From: a virus
Length of the DNA: 64,000 nt
IMG/VR virus record: IMGVR_UViG_3300028909_000017
Coordinates: 1 to 64,000 of that record
Direction: 5' to 3' (one strand)
In this document: piece by piece, positions 57,571-64,000 of the stretch
How the letters are laid out: each line of letters starts with the position of its first letter
Position numbering within the stretch: position 1 is the stretch's first letter
Translations under genes and position numbers: made by a program
Notes under the pieces: generated by a model
Database searches by the model: none
Told to the model about the DNA's origin: nothing
Seen by the model: only the letters and a program-made list of their open reading frames with translations

Positions 57571-58251
57571 TTAGAAAAAAATATTCAATTTTTGAAAAAA
57601 TGAAGTTATTCCAAAAAATTTTGGTGATAATAATTGCTGTTGTACCGCAGTAATGTCCGACAGAATTTTAATACTTTCCGTCTGAGGTAATTTTGAAAAC
57701 ATAATTTTCCCTAATTTGCGAGAATTATGCAATCTAACTCCTGAAGACAATGTAAGCCAAAGTAATGTTTTCATTACTGCATTGCTATCATACAGATTTT
57801 TACGGATTTGAATTCTTTCCTCTTCATTCATTAAATGAAGTCTAGAAAAATCAATAACGTCGCCCTTGTCTCTGTTGCATGTTGCACACATCGTTTGTAA
57901 ATTGCCAAGATTTGTCGGCCCACCCAAAGATTTTGGAAAAATATGATCTTGCGTTAGAAGAACCAATGATCCGTTATCATTTCTTCCATAAATATTGAAA
58001 TGATAACTTTTTGGATTATTTTTAAGGTCATTTTGAAAGGCTTCTAGTCTCGCAATTGTACCGACAATTCCACATGAAACACAAACCGGGCTGCGAGTAA
58101 TGCAGCGTAATCGAGTAGAATTAATATTTGGAAGATAAACCTTATCTCCTACCTGTATTTCAATTGGCGGCATTGATCCAATAAGATGTGGTCTAATGTG
58201 TTCAAAAATTTTATCAGCCGACATTTCAACTGCAACAGAAACATATTGCAT
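57571..58251 (-). CDS. HNH endonuclease
   Basis: CVSC...DHIFPKSLGG...NLQTMCATCNRDKG. Confidence 0.88.
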   Translation of the reverse strand: MQYVSVAVEMSADKIFEHIRPHLIGSMPPIEIQVGDKVYLPNINSTRLRCITRSPVCVSCGIVGTIARLEAFQNDLKNNPKSYHFNIYGRNDNGSLVLLTQDHIFPKSLGGPTNLGNLQTMCATCNRDKGDVIDFSRLHLMNEEERIQIRKNLYDSNAVMKTLLWLTLSSGVRLHNSRKLGKIMFSKLPQTESIKILSDITAVQQQLLSPKFFGITSFFQKLNIFF

Positions 58252-58268
58252 TAATTAAGACCTTTCTA

Positions 58269-58968
58269 CTATGAAATAACATCATTATAACGATAATGAT
58301 ATACTCTTTTTAATTGAGTTATTTTACCAATACTTTTTTCAGCAATTCCGGTTATATTATATATTTTTCCAACCTCATATTTCTGATCACTAAAAAAGAA
58401 AATAATGGAATAGGTTAAGTCAGGATAGGTAATAATTGCATTGGTTGCCCATGTTCCGAACCGGGCCTTGTAAATGCAATCAACAACATGAATTTGAAAT
58501 TCTTTTCCCCTTGCAAGATAATGGAACGCTATTTGAAATAAGGTCATCGAGATGCCGTCGTTGTTCCATTCGTTCATTATGTGTTTTATGTGATTCCGGA
58601 AGAGAAGCAATTAGTGGCAAGTCACCACCATTAATATCAATATTTTCAAGAGATGCAACTTTAACCGCAGCTTTGACAAAATTATTTGCATCGTCGGAAA
58701 AAACAAATCGAATCATTGCCCCGTAATCTTCTCGAATAGCTTTTCCTTGAGCGTAATCGTCTGATGTAATATCTGTTTGATCGCCATTGAGCAAAATTCT
58801 CATAATAGCAACATTAGTTAATTTACTTGACTGGGTTTTAATAGGGCTACGCAAGAAAGTGGAAACTATACTTCGTTTTACATATTCACCATTAATTCTT
58901 TGGGCAGCCGCTGCCGCTGCCCAAACCTGACTCGCCGGGAAAAATTTTTCAGTCATCATAATCTCCAT
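58269..58968 (-). pseudogene. Frameshifted phage protein (C-terminal OB-like region)
   Basis: ...PLSCKGK then KEFQIHVVDC... after one extra A near 58503-58506. Confidence 0.65.
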
Positions 58969-59019
58969 TCTGTTGTGGTTTGCACAGTTCTTTCCCGGTG
59001 GTTTAATTGAAAAATCTGT

Positions 59020-59202
59020 TTAGGTGATAATCAAAACAACATCGTTATCGGGATCCTTGACATTCAACACGCCATCAGGACGATAATGAAAATGCATGCC
59101 TTGCCCATGTAGAGCATGAGCCTTAGCAACAGTAATCTTTGTTTCGGTGCGTTTCGAATCACCGTTATCTACTACTTCGATGTAATCAGACTTCCTTGCC
59201 AT
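59020..59202 (-). CDS. Small hypothetical protein
   Basis: 60 aa, AAAGGA RBS. Confidence 0.55.
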   Translation of the reverse strand: MARKSDYIEVVDNGDSKRTETKITVAKAHALHGQGMHFHYRPDGVLNVKDPDNDVVLIIT

Positions 59203-59407
59203 TTTTGATTCCTTTCAATTAATGGGTAATTGTTGTGATGCGGTAATTAACCCTACTTTTCCATCTTGTCCAAAATAAATTCATATATTCGACAGATTAA
59301 TAATATTGCTATCAAAAATCCAATGGATTTGGCGAACGTAAAAATTTCAAACATATTATTCCTCTACTTTCAAATACAATTTTAACAGGGTTACAATTGA
59401 ATGTCAA

Positions 59408-59557
59408 CTACAACTTCGGAACCGTGCGCAAATAGTCAATAACCTGTGTAAATGCAGTTGCTTGCCCTTGTCCGTAATCATCACTCAGATCCTTATTTTT
59501 CTCAATGACCTCAGTAGTAAGCCATACGATAAATTCATCTAGTTGTTCCTTCGACAT
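59408..59557 (-). CDS. Small early protein
   Basis: MSKEQ start after promoter-RBS cassette. Confidence 0.55.
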   Translation of the reverse strand: MSKEQLDEFIVWLTTEVIEKNKDLSDDYGQGQATAFTQVIDYLRTVPKL

Positions 59558-59614
59558 ATCTGATCTCCTCACTGAAATAATTATAGCAAAGTTCGGTTTT
59601 AATGTCAACCGAAA
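59558..59614 (-). promoter_or_regulatory. Early promoter-RBS cassette (identical copy at ~60117-60173; related copy at ~45465-45511)
   Basis: TTGACA-17-TATAAT-TATTTCAGTGAGGAGATCAGAT. Confidence 0.85.
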
Positions 59615-60118
59615 TTAATCAACTAATTTAACATACAGTTGCACATTAATTGTTGGATTCCTGATAAAGTCAATTGACGAGCCATCTTGTTGAACTGCGG
59701 CCAATTGGACTTGTTCAGATGGATTTTCGATATTTTGAATTACCCACCCATCTTGTTGAACTGCGGCCAATTGTACTTGCTCAGATGGATTTTCGATATT
59801 TTGAATTACCCACCCATCTTGTTGAACTGCGGTCAATTGGACTTGCTCAGATGGGTTTATAATATGTTGAATTGCATAGCCATTTTCGTGAACTGCGGTC
59901 AATTGGACTTGCTCAGATGGGTTTATAATATGTTGAATTGCATAGCCATTTTCGTGAACTGCGACCAATTGCAGTTGTTCAGATGGGTTTTTAATATATC
60001 GAATTGCATAGCCATTTTGCTGAACTGCGACCAATTGTAGTTGTTCAGATGGGTTTTTAATATATCGAATTGCATAGCCATTTTCCTGAACTGCCGCCAA
60101 TTGTTCCAATTCATTCAT
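59615..60118 (-). CDS. DUF4116-like 22-aa tandem repeat protein
   Basis: Seven repeats of QL.AVQ.(N/D)G..I..I.NPSEQ (66-bp unit). Confidence 0.8.
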   Translation of the reverse strand: MNELEQLAAVQENGYAIRYIKNPSEQLQLVAVQQNGYAIRYIKNPSEQLQLVAVHENGYAIQHIINPSEQVQLTAVHENGYAIQHIINPSEQVQLTAVQQDGWVIQNIENPSEQVQLAAVQQDGWVIQNIENPSEQVQLAAVQQDGSSIDFIRNPTINVQLYVKLVD

Positions 60119-60190
60119 CTGATCTCCTCACTGAAATAATTATAGCAAAGTTCGGTTTTAATGTCAACCGAAATAGTTAAAATAATTAAT

Positions 60191-60320
60191 GTTGAAAACA
60201 AAGGACTTGATTTTCTCTTTAAGATGGTGGTGAATTTTCATGTACATTTGCTCGTATTTTGCCCTTAAGAGTCAAAAAGGGCCATTTTAACAAAAATGGC
60301 CCTTTTAAATCAACAACTTA
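60191..60320. repeat. ~125-bp inverted-repeat-bounded module, copy 5
   Basis: GTTGAAAACAAAGGACTTG ... GGGCCATTTT-aacaa-AAATGGCCCTTTTAAATCAACAACTTA. Confidence 0.8.
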
Positions 60321-60331
60321 AAATGTATGTT

Positions 60332-60580
60332 TTAGCGTACAAGAGATGCTCGTGACCCATACACGTCACGAGAACTTACCGCGTACTTTGTTCGACCATC
60401 AACAGTCTTTTGATCGGTACGAACAACAAGACCATAATTACGCAACTCTGAAATTCGAGCACGTAGATTATGAATATTATATAGTGTCTTTGCCTGTTCA
60501 GAAGTCAATGTACGTCCTGTTCCGCGCAGAAAATTATGCAGGAAAGAATTTTGTGAAACTGTAAGATTAGTAAAAGCCAT
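60332..60580 (-). CDS. Winged-helix DNA-binding protein
   Basis: GRTLTSEQAK.LY.I.NLRARISELR..G. Confidence 0.7.
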   Translation of the reverse strand: MAFTNLTVSQNSFLHNFLRGTGRTLTSEQAKTLYNIHNLRARISELRNYGLVVRTDQKTVDGRTKYAVSSRDVYGSRASLVR

Positions 60581-60627
60581 GTGTATTCTCCTTATATCTC
60601 AGAAATAAATAGCGTCAGAGGTGAGAT

Positions 60628-60783
60628 ATGAATGTAATTGTTATTGTTATTGTGGTTACGTTGATGATTATCTATGTATTAAGTGCGCAATCACCAGCAA
60701 AGAAAAAAGATATGATCGAACTCAAGAAATCTGCAAATAAAGCAGCCGATAAATTAGCGAAAGATGAAGATTCTAAAAATTAG
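60628..60783 (+). CDS. Small late membrane protein (51 aa)
   Basis: TAAATA, GAGGTG RBS, MNVIVIVIVVTLMIIYVL TM followed by a basic tail. Confidence 0.55.
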   Translation: MNVIVIVIVVTLMIIYVLSAQSPAKKKDMIELKKSANKAADKLAKDEDSKN

Positions 60784-61091
60784 GATTCTTTGACTTCTAC
60801 TTTTAATGGATACCCATTACATTGAGCTTCTATTAATACAAGTGAAGATAAATGGGTTGCCAATTCTTTGGTTAAGCCACTTGCCGCGACTCCTGATCCA
60901 GTTAAATCAATTTTTTCCGTTAATTCCACGGCATCATCAATTGTATAATTGAAAATTTGTATTAACGTTTCCGCAACAAAATTTGACGGTGTTTTTTCAT
61001 CATTCAAATATATAATAGAATAGAGTAACGGAGGATTAATAGAATTATTTACTTTAATTTTTGTTTCAACATCTGCAATTGCTTCAGCCAT
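60780..61091 (-). CDS. clpS: ATP-dependent Clp protease adaptor ClpS
   Basis: P.LYSIIYLNDEKTP..FV...L..IF...G.G...A...GYPLK. Confidence 0.85.
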   Translation of the reverse strand: MAEAIADVETKIKVNNSINPPLLYSIIYLNDEKTPSNFVAETLIQIFNYTIDDAVELTEKIDLTGSGVAASGLTKELATHLSSLVLIEAQCNGYPLKVEVKES

Positions 61092-61147
61092 AAATATCCC
61101 TTCTGTTGGGGTGGTAGATCAATTTACCACCCCTATTTAAAATTACT

Positions 61148-61588
61148 TTACTTGGTTGTAATGCTAATTTTTTGATTTTTCAAATGATCAGGCAATTTGT
61201 ATTCCAACTTAATACTCAAAATTCCATTTTGAAATTCTGCATTGGTTACAAATACATATTGATTTAATTTGAATTGTAAAAAGAATTCTCGGCGACCGAT
61301 TCCTCGATGAATAAATTCACGGGTATCGGTTGGTTTTTCCGAATTCTTAATACTTTCAATAGTTAGCAATCCATTTTCAGTTGAAATTGAAATATCTTTT
61401 GAATCAAAACCAGCAACCGCCAGTTCAACCAAATAATGTTCTTTATCAACGAGGATTAGATTAAACGGAGGGTAATTGCTTTCCGGCAAATGAAGGTCGG
61501 AAAATTCATCAGCGAATTTATCAAGTCCAATGAATAGTTTACGGAAGGTTGAATCAGAAAACGCAGGTGGAAGTAATAGTGTAGTCAT
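61148..61588 (-). CDS. ibpA: Small heat-shock protein (Hsp20, IbpA-like)
   Basis: NYPPFNL...ELAVAGF...HRGIG.R.F...NGIL. Confidence 0.9.
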   Translation of the reverse strand: MTTLLLPPAFSDSTFRKLFIGLDKFADEFSDLHLPESNYPPFNLILVDKEHYLVELAVAGFDSKDISISTENGLLTIESIKNSEKPTDTREFIHRGIGRREFFLQFKLNQYVFVTNAEFQNGILSIKLEYKLPDHLKNQKISITTK

Positions 61589-61686
61589 TTGTTTTTCTCC
61601 TATGTACAGCGAGTTTTAATTTTTGCTAGCCCTATCGGCACTAACAAACTTATTTATACTAATTATAATTTGTTTTTAAGTGTAAG

Positions 61687-62907
61687 TCAAGATTTTTTTG
61701 CAGCAGAATATAATTCTATCGATGGAATTTCACCGGATAATGTATTGGAATCAAAAATCATTTTGGAAATATTACGTGATTTATATTCAGATAGCAAATA
61801 TAAATGTTCCATCATAACAGATTCACATAATGTTCTTAAACCACGCACACCGGTTTTTTCTTTTTTGGATTTTTCAGCAACGGATTGTATAAATTCCGAG
61901 GTGAATTCTAAATCGATATTATCTATTTTAAAATAGAACTTGGTTTCATTCAATATACTATTATCTAATGTTGTTAGAATTTTTATTAATTCATCTACCG
62001 TTAACTCATTGGTATGCGTTTTAATAGGAAATCGACCAATAAATTCGGGAATTATCCCATATTCAATAAAATCATCGGACGAATATTCATTCACAACTTT
62101 TAATTTGGGTTGATTATTAAATCCAATACTCTTTTTTTGTTTTTCTTTAAGAGTAATAACATCTTTCATTCCAGAAAATGCTCCACCGGCAATGAAAAGT
62201 ATATTTGTTGTGTCGATTTCAACTGTCTGGGGAATTAATGATCTTTTAGATTCAGAACTTACAGGAATTCTTATTTTTGATCCTTCTACCATTTTTAATA
62301 ATGCAGATTGAATGCCGGCCACTTTGTTTTCGCCTGAACTGACTCTTCCGTGACCAATAGAAATTTTATCAATTTCATCTAAAAATACAATTCCATGTTC
62401 GACCGCATCAATATCACCATTCGCTTCTAAAACTAATCTGGAAATAATACTATCGACATTTTCACCAATGTATCCAGCTTCAGTTAATGTGGTTGCATCA
62501 ACGGTGATAAAAGGAACATTTAAAAATTTTGCAACCGTTCCGACTAATAAACTTTTTCCACTTCCACTCGGTCCAGTAATAATTAGATTACTTTTTTCGA
62601 TTTTTGCATCTGAATCATACAACATTCTTTTATAATGATTTGCAATAACAACACTAAGAGTTATTTTTGCTTCATTTTGTCCGACAATATATTTGTCCAA
62701 AAATTCACGAATTAGGATGGGATTTAAATGATCATTATTTATTTTTTCGGGTTTGTTTGTATCAGATTGATGTGTTGCTTTTGTTAATAGTTCGCTAAAT
62801 TTTGAAATACATTTGTCACAAATTAAATTTTCACCAATGCCGATTAATTTCGCACTTTCTGATCTAGTTTTATGGCAAAAATTACACTTGACATTATTAG
62901 TAGCCAA
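61687..62907 (-). CDS. clpX: ATP-dependent Clp protease ATP-binding subunit ClpX
   Basis: C4 zinc finger, GPSGSGKS, DATTLTEAGYIGE, FLDEIDK, IGF loop, PEFIGR. Confidence 0.95.
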   Translation of the reverse strand: MATNNVKCNFCHKTRSESAKLIGIGENLICDKCISKFSELLTKATHQSDTNKPEKINNDHLNPILIREFLDKYIVGQNEAKITLSVVIANHYKRMLYDSDAKIEKSNLIITGPSGSGKSLLVGTVAKFLNVPFITVDATTLTEAGYIGENVDSIISRLVLEANGDIDAVEHGIVFLDEIDKISIGHGRVSSGENKVAGIQSALLKMVEGSKIRIPVSSESKRSLIPQTVEIDTTNILFIAGGAFSGMKDVITLKEKQKKSIGFNNQPKLKVVNEYSSDDFIEYGIIPEFIGRFPIKTHTNELTVDELIKILTTLDNSILNETKFYFKIDNIDLEFTSEFIQSVAEKSKKEKTGVRGLRTLCESVMMEHLYLLSEYKSRNISKMIFDSNTLSGEIPSIELYSAAKKS

Positions 62908-62932
62908 TTAATTCTCCGGTTATAATTATATT

Positions 62933-63160
62933 TTAGAATACAAAAAAATATTTTTTAAATGGGAATCCGTTCCGTTTGTGGGCAATATACAACCATATCG
63001 ATGCAACTACAATCAATAAGCACAATAATAAAATATAATGGTCTGTTATTTCACACAGGAAGGTTAATGATAAAAATAGTATTAACGGTAGTTGTTTAAG
63101 TAATGAAAAAATCATGGTTGAAGATCTCGATAAGGGTATTATTTAACTCATATGTTTCAT
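62933..63160 (-). pseudogene. Small membrane protein gene with early nonsense codon
   Basis: TAAATA-N5-ATG at 63160, TAA at 63143-63145, in frame with hydrophobic ORF 62933..63115. Confidence 0.5.
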
Positions 63161-63194
63161 ATACATATTTATCCCTTATGTTAAAAATTCAGAA

Positions 63195-63662
63195 TTAAGA
63201 AATTGGCCGAAAATATTCTTCCCAGGTATAGTTACATAATTTTTTGAATTGATCGATTTTCATAAATTCACTATATAAACCAGAATCACAACATATTAAA
63301 ATACCAATACATTTTGCTTTGGGAGAGAATTTTTTAATAGAGGTAATTATTTCACATACAGTTTTACCTGAATCAATAAAATCATCCACAATAATATATT
63401 TTTTAGATTTTGAAAATCCTTCAACATCTTTGAGGCTATGAGAACCTGCGTTCTTTTTTCGTACCATAATCATGTTTTTATTTAATCGTAGGGCCATACT
63501 TGGTCCCAAAATAGTCCCACTCATTCCGCGGAAAGCAACACTATCATACGATAAATTAACAACACATTTTTTTGCTCGAATTAAAACCTTTCGAAGTGAA
63601 CCAGGATCTAATAATGCATCTAAATAAGAAGATTCAATATTGTCATTATCTAATCTTTTCAT
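63195..63662 (-). CDS. Type I phosphoribosyltransferase
   Basis: YIIVDDFIDSGKT PRPP-binding motif; RGMSG; VRK. Confidence 0.85.
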   Translation of the reverse strand: MKRLDNDNIESSYLDALLDPGSLRKVLIRAKKCVVNLSYDSVAFRGMSGTILGPSMALRLNKNMIMVRKKNAGSHSLKDVEGFSKSKKYIIVDDFIDSGKTVCEIITSIKKFSPKAKCIGILICCDSGLYSEFMKIDQFKKLCNYTWEEYFRPIS

Positions 63663-63663
63663 T

Positions 63664-64000
63664 CTACATCCTAACTAGAATGGCAGTTGCGTTATCATCT
63701 TTGGGAGTATTTTGAATAATTATATCGGCGGTTGTATCAGGATTATCAATTAGTTCAATCATATTATGAATTAATAAATCAGAATCGATATGTCCTGCAT
63801 CAAAAATTCCATCTGAGCCACACAAAATCCAACTATTTTCATTAATTGGGATTTGAAAAACTTCAGGATTACGATTTAAAATTGAATTAAAATCGGCATC
63901 ACCCAATGCTCGACTCATTTGCAATCCGCCATACCACGGTTTACGAGAATCACCAAGATATCCTTGCATAATAAATCCAGGATATTTTGTTACTGCTTTT
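63664..64000 (-). CDS. PP2C-family phosphatase, C-terminal part (5' end outside window)
   Basis: LQMSRALGD, GSDGIFD, DNATAILV. Confidence 0.85.
   Translation of the reverse strand, partial: KAVTKYPGFIMQGYLGDSRKPWYGGLQMSRALGDADFNSILNRNPEVFQIPINENSWILCGSDGIFDAGHIDSDLLIHNMIELIDNPDTTADIIIQNTPKDDNATAILVRM

Noticed and set aside
59615-60118. 66-bp tandem repeats as a CRISPR or non-coding repeat
   Set aside because: They are in-frame 22-aa protein repeats with no unique spacers.
149-61936. Antisense ORFs in the track (e.g. 149..538, 928..1284, 17053..17442, 37710..38048, 50018..50581, 61589..61936)
   Set aside because: They shadow better-supported genes on the other strand or frame and lack RBS, promoter or motifs.
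14134-63160. Stop-codon reassignment (alternative genetic code) as the cause of in-frame stops
   Set aside because: All three stops (TAA, TAG, TGA) occur as interruptions, each also ends intact genes, long genes read through in code 11, and frameshifts co-occur; decay or error fits better.

Overview
AT-rich (roughly 30% GC by eye) 64-kb segment of a large lytic T4-superfamily-like/jumbo myophage; no tRNA, rRNA, CRISPR array or integrase seen. It carries core genes (PhoH, clamp loader, GroES, a stand-alone DnaE fragment, dUTPase, baseplate/tail proteins, ThyX, ClpX/ClpS/Hsp20), host-like auxiliary genes (IF-1, RpoZ-like, QueD, S4-domain) and an RNA/tRNA repair set (CCA enzyme, two RNA ligases, Pnkp). 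Early genes use sigma70-type promoter cassettes; late genes use TAAATA. The most notable structure: (1) a 20-32 kb block of late, apparently leaderless (TAAATA-N5-ATG), probably head-packaged enzymes dominated by seven ADP-ribosyltransferase-like paralogs; (2) a TnpB element wired to the phage late promoter, plus a separate ORF-less 292-bp copy that looks like a stand-alone omega-RNA gene; (3) about 28 small early proteins from unrelated families sharing one C-terminal 'hydrophobic-x-x-K/R-L-S/E' tail; (4) five ~125-bp modules bounded by inverted GTTGA-N4-AAAGG repeats, each just upstream of an early promoter; (5) many nonsense and frameshift lesions confined to accessory genes; (6) a ~3-kb GC-rich island captured from a P2-like tail module. 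All protein calls come from motif recognition by eye; no database searches were run.
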